NCBI GenBank assembly: GCA_963814585.1
Contig: CAWFDF010000012.1
Location: 416,001-480,000 of the forward strand
From: an uncultured delta proteobacterium
GTDB lineage: Bacteria; Myxococcota; Myxococcia; Myxococcales; Anaeromyxobacteraceae
Direction: 5' to 3'
DNA: 64,000 nucleotides
A model generated the notes under the pieces. The model was not told the DNA's origin. It did no database searches and saw nothing but the letters and a program-made list of their open reading frames with translations. The position numbers and the translations under genes were made by a program. The first letter of the stretch is position 1. Each line of letters begins with the position of its first letter. Of the stretch, positions 12,934 through 23,298 are shown piece by piece.

Positions 12934-14665
12934 CGAAGCGGTACCCCAGGAGGCCGAGGAAGGTGGTGCTGGCGCCGCTCATCGTCGCCATCCCCGGATC
13001 GCCGACCCAGGTGAGGCGCGCCTCGAGGAAGAGCGGGACCTTCAAGAAGAGCGGGGTCACCGAGAGCGAGCCGCTCGCGACCGGGACCAGCCCGTACTCG
13101 CTCACGGTGGGCTGGCCCGCGAGCTCGGCTCGATTCGACACCACGCCGACCCCGGCGCCCAGCGTCGCCCAGAGCATCCAGCGATCCCCGAGCTGCTTCC
13201 GCCCGGCGGCCGAGACGAGGAGGGATGGGTAGTACTGCGTGGCCTGGTAGGACGAGGCCACGCCGTCGACGGTCGGCGTGCTCGAGCTGGACTGCATCCA
13301 CCAGCTCAGCTCGATCACCAGCCCGACCTGGTTGCGCCCGAAGCGCGTCCAGGCCGCACCCTCGGTGCCGATGGCCGGCCCCGCGCCGCCTCCCGCCGCC
13401 GCCACCCCGGCCTTCAGCCCGGCCGTCAGGGAGAGGCGGCTGGGCAAGAGCTCCAGGTCCACGGTGGTGGAGGCCGTACCGGCCGTGATCACCACCTGCT
13501 CGGTGGTGTCCTCGGTGATCGGTGGCGGAAGGTACGGCAGGGCCCACTGGCCCGGCCCGACGCGGTACGCCGCCTTGAACGTCCCGCGCGTCCCGGAGCC
13601 CACGGGGACGTCGCCCACCGGGCTTCCCTGGGCGTCGAGCACCGCCACGTGCAGGACCTCGAGCTGCCCGCGGCTCGAGGCGTCGACGCGAATGGGCCCG
13701 TGCGGCGTGACCCGGACCGCCGCCGCCGCCGACGCCGTGATGGAGAAGGTGGCCCTGGCCTCGATCCCGTCGGTCCGCGCGGTGACCACGAACGACTCGC
13801 TGCGCGTGCCCGGAGGCACCATCAGCGAGGCGCGGTAGACCCCGCGCTCGAGCTGGCCCGGCCTTCCCAGCTTCGCCACGTTCGACTCCAGCTCCAGAGG
13901 TCCCTCGGTGAGGTTGCCGGCCGAGTCCAGGATGTGCACGAGCACCGCGGTGCTCGTGCCGTCACCCCCGCCCTCGCTGACCAGGTCCTTGGCGATCTCG
14001 ATCGCCGCGGGCGGTCCCGGGTTGAGCGCCAGGGCGGTGACGGCCGGCGGCTCCGCGCCGAAGGCGGCCTCCACGCGAGCGTCGCTGTTCTTGCCGGCGG
14101 GCAGGTGCCAGCGGCCCCGCCAGACGCCGGGCGCCAGCGGCGCCACGCCGGCGACGCTCCCGACGCTGGCCCGGAAGGATGGGGCGGCCCCCTGGCGGGG
14201 TGTCCCCTGCCCGTCGACGGCGAAGGCGTAGACCAGCACGTCGGAGTCCTGGTCGGCGCGCGCTGCCGCCGGCTGGACCACGGTCAGGGCCACCGGCCCG
14301 CTGGCCCGGGCAGCCCCTGCCGCGGCGATGCGGACCACCGAGAATCCACAGGTGCTCTCGCCCACCGCAGCGATCACCGCCACCGGCGGGGAGGAAGGGG
14401 CGGCGGTGAACTCGGCAACGATGGCCTCGGTCCCCAGGGCGATGGGCGGGCCGACGCTTCCAGAGCTGGCACGGAAGCGGATGTCGGAGCCCTCGGCGGC
14501 GATGCGAACCCGGGCCGTGCGTGAGCCGGCCTGGATCGTCGGAGGCGAGATCGAGACGGCCAGGTCACACTTCGGTGGCGCGGCCCAGGCGCCACCCGGG
14601 ATTCCCGAGAGCGCTGCCAGGCCGATGGCCATCCGAATGGCCATCCGGGCGATCGCACGTCCCAT
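12923..14665 (-). CDS. Secreted protein with several Ig-like domains and a C-terminal outer-membrane beta-barrel; its stop overlaps the start of the giant lipoprotein
   Basis: Signal peptide ending AWA-A, GGGAGGG RBS before ATG 14665; Big_1-like segments (VLVYAFAVDGQG, VHILDSAGN, VAVLDAQGSPV); last ~170 aa are amphipathic strands ending LLGYRFDVG. Confidence 0.7.
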   Translation of the reverse strand: MGRAIARMAIRMAIGLAALSGIPGGAWAAPPKCDLAVSISPPTIQAGSRTARVRIAAEGSDIRFRASSGSVGPPIALGTEAIVAEFTAAPSSPPVAVIAAVGESTCGFSVVRIAAAGAARASGPVALTVVQPAAARADQDSDVLVYAFAVDGQGTPRQGAAPSFRASVGSVAGVAPLAPGVWRGRWHLPAGKNSDARVEAAFGAEPPAVTALALNPGPPAAIEIAKDLVSEGGGDGTSTAVLVHILDSAGNLTEGPLELESNVAKLGRPGQLERGVYRASLMVPPGTRSESFVVTARTDGIEARATFSITASAAAAVRVTPHGPIRVDASSRGQLEVLHVAVLDAQGSPVGDVPVGSGTRGTFKAAYRVGPGQWALPYLPPPITEDTTEQVVITAGTASTTVDLELLPSRLSLTAGLKAGVAAAGGGAGPAIGTEGAAWTRFGRNQVGLVIELSWWMQSSSSTPTVDGVASSYQATQYYPSLLVSAAGRKQLGDRWMLWATLGAGVGVVSNRAELAGQPTVSEYGLVPVASGSLSVTPLFLKVPLFLEARLTWVGDPGMATMSGASTTFLGLLGYRFDVG

Positions 14666-14920
14666 CAACCAGACCCTCCCCGACCCCGGGCCCACGGTGA
14701 TGCGGGCGGGAGTCCGACCCGAAAGAATCGCCACCGGCGGGCCGATCTCCAAGGTGCTTCTTGGGGTGTGCGCGCCACGCGCATCGACGGCGGGGGACCC
14801 GGTGACGTGGAGTCAGGGTACGACCGCCCGCCCTCCTGACGCTCCTGGCGCCGGGTCTCGGGAGGCCCCGATGGCGGCTGGAGATTTTCTTGCCCACCCG
14901 GACCGTGGGAGGATCCGCCC

Positions 14921-16039
14921 GTGGCACCTCCGACCCCCACCTCCGGGCTGGCCGCCAGGCGATGGACGCCCGCGGTGGCGCTCCTGGGCGCACTGGCCGG
15001 CGCGCTCGGCTGTGCCGCCGCACCTCCGCGGAAGATGACCTTCCTCGAGGCGGGCCTGGCCGGCCCGCTGCCCGGACCTGGATCGGTTCAAGCCTCGCCT
15101 ACCACCGCTCCACCGGCGGCGCCGCTGGCTCCGGGAGCGCCCCGTCCTTCCGGGCCGGGATCCCCACCTCGGCCGCTGCTCGCCGTCCCGCAGCCGGCTC
15201 CCCCGGTGAGCGACGCCCTGCCCGAGTGGGGTCCCGGCGATCCACCCGGCTGGCCGTCGATCGACCCCGTCCTGCTCCGCTTCGCCGCCGAGGCCCGGTC
15301 TCGCCGCTTCCGCGCAGCGTCCGGGCGGGGCTTTCCACCCGCCTCCGAGGCCGCCTGGCGAGGACTGGTGAGGCAGCTCGACGGCTACCTGGCCCGGCCG
15401 CTCTCGCAGACCCCGCTCCTCGAGCTGGTCCGCGCCAGCGTGACGCTGGACGCCGAGTGGGACTTCGACCTGCGCCGCCACGGGCCGGCGCCGGCTGGAC
15501 TCGCCCGGCTGGTGACGGACCGGGCCCGGCGCCTCTCGACGCGCGTCGCGGCCTCCCGGGCCATCGGAAACACCATGTTCGCCTTCCGGCCGCCCGGCCG
15601 CCTCCGCTGGCCCATCGAGAACGCCGGCCTCTCCTCGGGCTTCGGACCGCGCCACCACCCGCTCGACGGCACCCCCCAGCGCCACGCCGGCATCGACCTC
15701 GCGACCGAGGCGGGGCGCGTGGTCAGCGCCGCGACGCAGGGCCACGTGGTGAGCGCCGGCTGGTCCGGAGGCTACGGGCTCCTGGTCGAAGTCCGCCACG
15801 CCGGCGACCTGACCACGCGCTACGGCCACCTCTCGGCGCTCCTCTGCGCTCCGGGCGACGCGCTGGAGGCCGGCGCGCCCGTCGGCCTCGTCGGCCGGAC
15901 CGGAGTCTCCACCGGGCCACACCTCCACTTCGAGGTCTGGGAGGGCGGGCAGCCGCGCGATCCCCTGGCCTTCATCGGCGGCGGCTCCGGGCTGGCCGGC
16001 CCCGCCACCGCGTCGTTCACTTCCGGTGGCGCCCGGTGA
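14921..16039 (+). CDS. M23 family metallopeptidase lipoprotein
   Basis: Lipobox ALGC; SSGFGPR, HAGIDL (HxxxD), GYGLLV, YGHL, TGPHLHFEV (HxH). Confidence 0.9.
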   Translation: MAPPTPTSGLAARRWTPAVALLGALAGALGCAAAPPRKMTFLEAGLAGPLPGPGSVQASPTTAPPAAPLAPGAPRPSGPGSPPRPLLAVPQPAPPVSDALPEWGPGDPPGWPSIDPVLLRFAAEARSRRFRAASGRGFPPASEAAWRGLVRQLDGYLARPLSQTPLLELVRASVTLDAEWDFDLRRHGPAPAGLARLVTDRARRLSTRVAASRAIGNTMFAFRPPGRLRWPIENAGLSSGFGPRHHPLDGTPQRHAGIDLATEAGRVVSAATQGHVVSAGWSGGYGLLVEVRHAGDLTTRYGHLSALLCAPGDALEAGAPVGLVGRTGVSTGPHLHFEVWEGGQPRDPLAFIGGGSGLAGPATASFTSGGAR

Positions 16040-17094
16040 TCATCGCCGCCGCGCTGCTGGCGCTCCTCGCCGGCGCCGAGCGGTTCGTCCCCGCCGGCGC
16101 CTCCCTCGCCGAGGCGGCGGCCCGGTCCACGGCCGGGGACACCCTCCGGCTCGGCCCGGGCGAGCACCGCGGCACGCTCGGCCGCCTGGCCGGCGTGACC
16201 GTGGCCGGAGCCGGCGCCGGGGTCACCGTGGTGCTGGCCCCGCCCGGCGAGGACGCCGCCATCGTCGACGGCGGCGCCGCGTTCCGCGGGCTGTCGCTGG
16301 TGGCCGGGCCCGCGCGGTCCGCCGTCAAGGCGCTGGCCGGAGAGGTCACCTTCGACGGCGTGGCGCTGGTGGGGGGCGAGGTCGGCCTCTTCGTCGACGG
16401 CGCGCGGGTCACCGGCCGCGACCTCTGGCTGGAAGGGACCTACGGCCTGCTGCAGCGGTCCGGAGCCGTGGCGGTTTCCGGCGTGACCGCCCGCGGCTCG
16501 CGGGCCGGCGTGGCGCTCCTCGGCGGCGAGCTCGAGCTCGCCCGCGGCGCCGTCACCGGCCCGTCGGGGGAGGCGGCGGTCTCCATCGCCGGTGGGATCG
16601 CCCGGCTCGCCGAGCTGGCGCTGCGAAACGGGGGCCCCTCCGGGCTCTCGGTGTCGGGCGGGCGGGTCATGGCCCGCGACCTGACCATCTCCGGCCCCCG
16701 CGAGACCAGCGGCCTCGGCGGGGACTGCCTGCTCGTCATGCGCGCCACCCTGACCCTCTCCTCCAGCGAGCTGGTCGGCTGCGGAGGCGCGGCCATCGAG
16801 GCGGCCCGCGCCGAGCTCGTCCTCGACGGGGTCGACGCCGGGGGCGGGGCGGCCGGCGGCTTCATCTTCACCGACCGGACCCACGCCGTGCTGAGCGCCA
16901 CGCTGGTCACCGGCCAGGGCCCCGGGCTGGTGGCGATGCAGGGGGCGCAGGTCCGCGGCTGGCAAGCGCGCCACTGGACCGAGCCGGTCATGTGGGTCGA
17001 CTGCGGCTCGGGAGCCCGCGTCGAGCTGCTCGACGCCCACGGAGCGAGGCAGCCTTGCTCGCCGGCGGAGCCTCCCGTACCCGACCGGAGGTGA
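16036..17094 (+). CDS. Secreted right-handed beta-helix (pectin-lyase-like) protein
   Basis: GTGA overlap with the M23 stop; hydrophobic N-terminus; SLAEAAARSTAGDTLRLGPGEH cap motif, then ~22-aa Gly-rich beta repeats. Confidence 0.6.
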   Translation: MIIAAALLALLAGAERFVPAGASLAEAAARSTAGDTLRLGPGEHRGTLGRLAGVTVAGAGAGVTVVLAPPGEDAAIVDGGAAFRGLSLVAGPARSAVKALAGEVTFDGVALVGGEVGLFVDGARVTGRDLWLEGTYGLLQRSGAVAVSGVTARGSRAGVALLGGELELARGAVTGPSGEAAVSIAGGIARLAELALRNGGPSGLSVSGGRVMARDLTISGPRETSGLGGDCLLVMRATLTLSSSELVGCGGAAIEAARAELVLDGVDAGGGAAGGFIFTDRTHAVLSATLVTGQGPGLVAMQGAQVRGWQARHWTEPVMWVDCGSGARVELLDAHGARQPCSPAEPPVPDRR

Positions 17095-17213
17095 GCGAAG
17101 TTGCCTCCAAGGGGGTAGCACCGGCTCGACTTCCAGCCACCGGCGTGACAGGTATGGTGAGCGCGGCCGGCCCCGAGGGGGAGGCGCGCCGAGTCCAGGG
17201 AGCCAGGAAACCG

Positions 17214-18071
17214 ATGCAGATCAACCTGCGGAAGGCGATGTTCGTCCTTCCCAACCTCTTCACGGTCAGCTCGATCTTCCTCGGGTTCTACGCGCTCGTC
17301 CTCTGCTCGGGCGAGGCCACCCCGCTCCAGCTCTACCAGGCGGCCCTGGCCATCTTCTTCGCCATGTTCTTCGACGCCTTCGACGGGCGCGTGGCGCGGA
17401 TGACCAAGACCCAGAGCGACTTCGGCGTCCAGCTCGACAGCCTCGCCGACGTGATGAGCTTCGGCGCCGCGCCGGCCCTGCTGGTCTACAAGTGGGCGCT
17501 GGCCCCCATGGGCGCGCTCGGCCTGTTCCTCTCCTTCTCCTTCGCCGCCTGTGGCGCGCTCCGGCTGGCCCGGTTCAACGTGCTGGCGATGCGCGGCGAC
17601 AAGGGCTCCTCCCGCTTCTTCGTCGGCCTCCCCATCCCGCTGGCCGCCGGCGCGGTGGTGGCGCTGGTGATCGCCCATTACGCCGAGTTCCAGCAGAACG
17701 TCGCCCCGGCCATCCAGACGCCCGTGGCGGTGGTGGTGGGGCTGCTCTCCTTCCTCATGGTCTCGACGGTCCGCTACCGGACCTTCAAGGACGCCCACCT
17801 CTCCGCCAAGAGCCTCGCCGTCCTCGGCCTGCTGCTGATCGCCGGCCTCGCCATCGCCATCAAGACCCGCCCATCCTTCGTGCTGGTGGTCTTCATGCTG
17901 GCCTACATCGCCATCGGGCTGGCCGAGACCCTCTTCGTCCGGCCCCGTCCGCCGGCCCCGGCGGAGGTGCCGCCCGCCGTCCGCGCCGAGCTGGAGGCCG
18001 ACGAGGCCCTCGAGCTCGACGACGTGGACGACGAGAAGGACGACAAGACCGAGGGCGACGAGTACATCTAG
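17214..18071 (+). CDS. pssA: CDP-diacylglycerol--serine O-phosphatidyltransferase
   Basis: LPNLFT; CDP-alcohol motif DAFDGRVARMTKTQSDFGVQLDSLAD; LRLARFN; FVGLPIP. Confidence 0.93.
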   Translation: MQINLRKAMFVLPNLFTVSSIFLGFYALVLCSGEATPLQLYQAALAIFFAMFFDAFDGRVARMTKTQSDFGVQLDSLADVMSFGAAPALLVYKWALAPMGALGLFLSFSFAACGALRLARFNVLAMRGDKGSSRFFVGLPIPLAAGAVVALVIAHYAEFQQNVAPAIQTPVAVVVGLLSFLMVSTVRYRTFKDAHLSAKSLAVLGLLLIAGLAIAIKTRPSFVLVVFMLAYIAIGLAETLFVRPRPPAPAEVPPAVRAELEADEALELDDVDDEKDDKTEGDEYI

Positions 18072-18074
18072 GCC

Positions 18075-18611
18075 GTGCCCTCCCCCTTCGCTGGCCTGCT
18101 CGATCACCTCGCGGCGCTGCAGCGACGGCCGGGCCCGGCCCCGGCCGCCCGGCCCGGTGGCTGGACCCTGGTCGCCGCCTGGGGACCCTGCGGCTTCTCC
18201 CCGATCGCGCCGGGCACGGTGGGAACCCTCGGCGCCGTCCCGCTCGCCTGGGCCGTCGCCCGCCTCGAGCCGCTGGCCGCAGCGTGCTTCCTGCTCGCCT
18301 TCCTCGCGCTCTCGGTCCACGCCGCCTCTCGCGCCGGCCGGTACTGGCGCATCGTCGATGCCTCGCCCATCGTCATCGACGAGGTGGCCGGCTACCTCGT
18401 CGCGGTCGCCTTCCTCCCCTTCACCTGGCGGACGGCGCTGGCCGCCTTCCTGCTCTTCCGCCTCTTCGACGTGGTCAAGCCCTGGCCGGCCTCGCGACTC
18501 GACCGCTGGAAGACCGGCTCCGGCGTGGTGCTCGACGACGTGGCGGCCGGGGCCTATGCCTGGGCCTGCCTCTGGCTCCTCCTCCGCTTCCTCCCCGGGA
18601 CCTTCCCGTGA
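18075..18611 (+). CDS. pgpA: Phosphatidylglycerophosphatase A
   Basis: GFSPIAPGTVGT, IVIDEVAG, FRLFDVVKPWP, GVVLDDVAAG. Confidence 0.93.
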   Translation: MPSPFAGLLDHLAALQRRPGPAPAARPGGWTLVAAWGPCGFSPIAPGTVGTLGAVPLAWAVARLEPLAAACFLLAFLALSVHAASRAGRYWRIVDASPIVIDEVAGYLVAVAFLPFTWRTALAAFLLFRLFDVVKPWPASRLDRWKTGSGVVLDDVAAGAYAWACLWLLLRFLPGTFP

Positions 18612-19865
18612 GCCTCACCGTCGAGCTGCTCTCCACCGGCGACGAGCTTCTGACCGGCCAGGTGGTCGACACCAACTCGCCCTGGCTCATGGACCGGCTC
18701 TGGGATGCCGGCGTGATGGTGACGCGCAAGACGCTGGTCGGCGACGACCGGGCGGTGCTGGAGTCGGCGCTGCGAGAGACCACCGGCCGGGCCGACCTGG
18801 TGGTGATGAGCGGCGGGCTCGGGCCGACCGAGGACGACCTGACCGCCGAGTGCGTGGCCCGGGTCCTGGGCTGTTCCCCTGGAGTCCCACGCCCCGTCGC
18901 TGGCCGCCATCGAGGAGCGCTTCCGCCGGATGGGACGCCAGATGACGCCCAACAACCTGAAGCAGGCCCGCTTCCCGCGCGGCGCCGTGATCCACCCGAA
19001 CCGCTGGGGCACGGCCCCGGGCTTCACGGTCCAGCTCGGCCGGGCCGCGCTCACCTGCCTCCCGGGCGTGCCCGCCGAGTACCGGGGGCTGGCCGAGGAG
19101 GTGGTGCTGCCCTGGGTCGCCGCCCGGCTCGGCGCCGCGCCGGCCGTCCGCGTGCTCAAGCTCATCGGCATCGGCGAGTCGGCCGCCGACCAGGCCATGC
19201 GCCCGGTCATGGACGACCCGGCCCACCGCGGCGTCCGCTTCGGCTACCGGGCCCACTTCCCCGAGGTGCACCTGAAGTGGACGGTCGACCCGCCCGACGC
19301 CGAGCCCCGCGCCGCCGCCATCGAGGCCGCGGTCCGAGCGCTCTTCGGCGAGGCGGTGTGGGGGAGCGGGAAGGAGGAGCTGGCCGCCCTGGTGGTGGCG
19401 CGCCTGGCCGGACGCGGCGAGCGGGTGGCCCTGGCCGAGAGCTGCACCGGCGGCCTGCTGGCCTCGCTGCTGACCGCGGTCCCTGGCGCCTCGGCCGCGC
19501 TCGACCTCGGCGTGGTGGCCTACGCCAACTCGGTCAAGGCCGGGGTCCTGGGGGTCCCCGAGCCGCTGCTCCTCGTCCACGGCGCCGTCTCCGAGCCGGT
19601 GGCCCGGGCCATGGCCGAGGGGGCACGGCGGGCCGCCGGAGCGGCCTGGGGGATCGGGATCACCGGCATCGCCGGCCCCGACGGCGGCACGGCGGAGAAG
19701 CCTGTCGGGACCGTCCACCTGGCGCTGGCGGGTCCCGGCGGCACCCAGGCCGTGGCCCGCCTCTACCGCGGTGACCGGGAGCGGATTCGCCGCGCCGCGG
19801 CCTTCGAAGGGCTGGACCTGCTGCGCCGCTCGCTCGGCCCGGCGGCCCACCCGCCAGGCCGGTGA
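18608..19865 (+). CDS. cinA: Competence/damage-inducible protein CinA (MocF-like + PncC NMN deamidase); +1 frameshift near 18872
   Basis: [14 protein letters not shown] and [11 protein letters not shown] in one frame; [39 protein letters not shown] in the next. Removing one base gives [13 protein letters not shown]. Confidence 0.9.
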
Positions 19866-19894
19866 ACCCGTCGCGGCGTGGGCCAGGCGGGCTG

Positions 19895-20927
19895 TCAAGC
19901 CGCCGCCTCGTCCGGCGTGGGGGCGGTCCCCGCCCCGGCGGGCCCGGCCTTGAGCCGCGCCGCGATCCGCTCGAACGCCGCCGGGTTGGCGCGCAGCCAC
20001 TCCGCCGCCCGCTCCCGGCCCTGCGCGATGCCGCTCTCCGTCCAGCGCGTAGTGGGCCCCGGACTTCTCCAGGATGCCCCGGTCGCTGGCGAGATCGACC
20101 GCCTCGGCGAACCGGTCCACGCCCACGCCGTAGCGGATGTCGAACTCGGCCTCGCGGAACGGCGGCGCCACCTTGTTCTTCACGACCTTGACGCGGGTCC
20201 GGTTCCCCACCACCTGCTCCCCCTCCTTCACCTGCCCGATGCGCCGGATGTCGAGCCGCACCGAGGCGTAGAACTTGAGGGCGTGGCCGCCGGTGGTGGT
20301 CTCGGGGTTCCCGAAGACCACGCCGATCTTCATCCGGATCTGGTTGATGAAGACGACCAGGGTCTGGTTGCGCGCCACCACCGCGGTGAGCTTGCGCAGC
20401 GCCTGGCTCATGAGCCGCGCCTGGAGCCCCATGTGCGCGTCGCCCATCTCGCCCTCGATCTCGGCCTTCGGCACCAGCGCCGCCACCGAGTCGACCACCA
20501 CCAGGTCGACGCCCCCGGAGCGGACCAGCTGCTCGGCGATCTCCAGCGCCTGCTCGCCGGTGTCGGGCTGCGAGACCAGCAGGTCGGCGAGGTTGACGCC
20601 CAGCCGCCGGGCGTAGGTGACGTCGAGGGCGTGCTCGGCGTCGATGAAGGCCGCCACCCCGCCCTGCTTCTGCACCTCGGCGATGGCGTGGAGCGCCAGC
20701 GTGGTCTTGCCCGACGACTCCGGGCCGAAGATCTCCACCACCCGCCCGCGCGGCAGGCCGCCGACGCCCAGCGCCAGGTCGAGCCCGAGCGAGCCGGTCG
20801 GGACCACCGCCACCGGCGCCGCCTCGGTGCCGTCGCCCATCCGCATGACCGATCCCTTGCCGAACTGCTTCTCGATGGCCCCCAGGGCCTGGGCCAGCGC
20901 CTTCATCCGCTCCGTGATCCTGCTCAT
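19895..20927 (-). CDS. recA: Recombinase A (myxobacterial RecA1-like N-terminus); +1 frameshift near 20031
   Basis: [57 protein letters not shown]. Corrected tail reads [19 protein letters not shown]...EAAA*. Confidence 0.96.
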
Positions 20928-20984
20928 GGGCTGCAACTCCTTCTCCGCCGCGTGGCGGGTGCTGGGCCGGATCCGGCCCGTGGG

Positions 20985-22497
20985 TCAGGCGACGGGCCGG
21001 TCCAGGCCGCGGTACTGGACGGCCTCGGCGACGTGCGGCGCGCCGACGGCGTCCGCCCCCTCGAGATCGGCGATGGTCCGCGCCACGCGGAGCACCTTGT
21101 CGTGGGCCCGGGCCGAGAGGCCGAGCTTCTCCATGCAGGCCAGCAGGATTCGCCGCCCCGCCGCGTCGGGCAGGCAGAGGCGCCGGAAGGCCGCCCCGCG
21201 CAGCCGGGCGTTGACCCGGGCCGCCCCGCCTCGCCCCGCCGAGAGCGCACGTACCCGGGCCACCCGGTCCCGGATCTCGGCGCTGCCGGCGCCGCCCCCG
21301 GCGGCGCCGAGCGCGGCCGGGGGCACCGCCGGCACGTCGACCTGCAGGTCGATCCGGTCGAGCAGCGGCCCGCTGATGCGCCGGCGGTACTTGAGCAGCT
21401 CGTTGGTGGTGCAGCGGCAGCGGCGGGTCAGGTCTCCGTGGTGGCCGCACGGACAGGGGTTCATGGCCGCCACCAGCGCGAAGCGGGCCGGGTAGGTGAT
21501 GCTCCGGGCGGCCCGCGCCAGCGTCACCTCGCCGTCCTCGGCCGGCTGGCGCAGCGACTCGAGGACGTGGCGCCGGAACTCCGGCAGCTCGTCGAGGAAG
21601 AGGACGCCGTGGTGGGCCAGGGAGACCTCGCCGGGGCGCGGCGGTGCGCACCCGCCCACCAGCCCGGCGTCGGAGACCGAGTGGTGCGGGGCGCGGAAGG
21701 GGCGCTCGGACAGCAGCCCGCGGTGGCGCGTCAGCCCGGCCACGCTGTGGACCACCGTGGCCTCCAGCGCCTCGTCGAAGGCGAGCGGCGGCAACAGGCC
21801 GGGCAGCCGCCGCGCCAGCATGGTCTTGCCGCTGCCGGGAGGGCCGAAGAGGAGCAGGTTGTGCCCGCCCGCGGCCGCGATCTCCAGCGCCCGCTTGGCC
21901 AGGTCCTGCCCGACGACGTCGGAGAGGTCGAGCGGCGGCGGCGAGGGCGGGCATGGCGGCGCCTCGGTGAGCGGCGGCAGGGCCGCCAGCCCGCGCGCCC
22001 AGGCCACGATCTGGCCGAGGTGGCGGATGGCGTGGACGGTGAGCCCCTGCACCACCGCCGCCTCGTGGCCGTTGGCCTCCGGGACCACCAGCGCCCGGGC
22101 CCCGGCGCGGCGCGCCGCCAGGGCCACCGGGAGCACGCCGCGCACCGGCCTCACCTCCCCGGAGAGGGCGATCTCGCCGACGAACTGGATGCCGTCGAGC
22201 GCCGCCGGCGGCAGCACCTTGCTGGCGGCCAGCAGGGCCACGGCGATGGGGACGTCGAGGCCGGCGCCGTCCTTGCGCAGGTCGGCCGGCGCCAGGTTGA
22301 TCACCACGCGCTTGGAGGGGAGCTCGACGCCGCAGTTGCGGACCGCCGCCGCCACCCGGACCTTGGCCTCGGAGACGGCGACGGCGGCCAGCCCCACCAG
22401 GTGGACGTGCGGCATGCCCGTTGGTGGTCTCGACCTCGACGTCGACCGGGAGGGCCTCGATGCCCAGCACCACCGCGGAGCGGACGCACGCCAGCAT
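20985..22497 (-). CDS. comM: ComM/YifB Mg-chelatase-like AAA+ helicase; +1 frameshift near 22418
   Basis: [92 protein letters not shown]. Confidence 0.93.
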
Positions 22498-22509
22498 GGG
22501 TGGGCATGG

Positions 22510-22526
22510 AGCAGCCGCCGTGCCAG
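22510..22526 (-). promoter_or_regulatory. sigma54-type -24/-12 promoter upstream of comM-recA
   Basis: Minus strand CTGGCACGGCGGCTGCT vs consensus YTGGCAC-N5-TTGCW: one mismatch, exact GG-GC spacing. Confidence 0.6.
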
Positions 22527-22678
22527 CAGATACCGGCCTGGAACGAGGGGGACGGGGTGGCCGGGAGGCCGCGAGACGGCCGGCCGGACCGCGGCGCGGA
22601 CCGCCACGCCGAGGTCGGCGAACCGTCCCGGGCGCTCACGCCGCGCGGCGGGGAATCAGGGCCCTGGCCGGCGCGGCA

Positions 22679-23281
22679 TTAGAACATCGACTCCGGGACG
22701 AAGACGATGTCGCCCGGCTCGAGCTTGAAGTTGGCCGCCTTGCCGAGCGCGATGTCCTGCACGTTGACCTTCATCTTCACCTCCTGCCCGCTGACGTGCC
22801 GGGTCACGGAGGTGGAGTTCGGCGCCGCCTGCTTGGTGAAGCCGCCGGCCAGCGTCAGCGCCTGGACCACCGACATCCCGTCCTCGAAGGCGAAGGTGCC
22901 CGGCTTCTGGACCTCGCCGAAGACGAAGACCTTCCGGGAGTTGAACTCCTTCACCAGCACCGAGACCTGGGGGCTGCGCAGGTACCCCTCGGAGAGGCAG
23001 GCCCGCAGCTTCTCCGCCACGCCGTTGGCGGTGAGGCCGGTCACCACCACCTGCTTGCAGAGCGGGAACATGATGTCGCCCTGGGGCCCGACCTGGTAGA
23101 GGCCGGAGAGCTCCGGCTCCTGGTAGACCCGCACCTCGAAGATGTCGTTGGGCCCGAGCGTCGAGGCCGGCAGGCCGGCGGTGACGGCCGGCTCGGCGGG
23201 CGCTCCGGAGCGGGCGCCCGGCCCGGCGCAGCCGGAGACCACCAGCGAGAGGACCGCCGCGACGATTCGAAGCACCGACAT
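22679..23281 (-). CDS. wza: Short OPX/Wza polysaccharide-export lipoprotein (Poly_export + one SLBB, no C-terminal OM helix)
   Basis: Lipobox [63 protein letters not shown]; 200 aa. Confidence 0.88.
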   Translation of the reverse strand: MSVLRIVAAVLSLVVSGCAGPGARSGAPAEPAVTAGLPASTLGPNDIFEVRVYQEPELSGLYQVGPQGDIMFPLCKQVVVTGLTANGVAEKLRACLSEGYLRSPQVSVLVKEFNSRKVFVFGEVQKPGTFAFEDGMSVVQALTLAGGFTKQAAPNSTSVTRHVSGQEVKMKVNVQDIALGKAANFKLEPGDIVFVPESMF

Positions 23282-23298
23282 CAGGCCTGGGTCGGGCA

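Noticed and set aside
18687..20936. 749-aa RecA with a C-terminal extension or intein
   Set aside because: The extension comes from a +1 indel near 20031 and runs antisense through cinA; no intein motifs.
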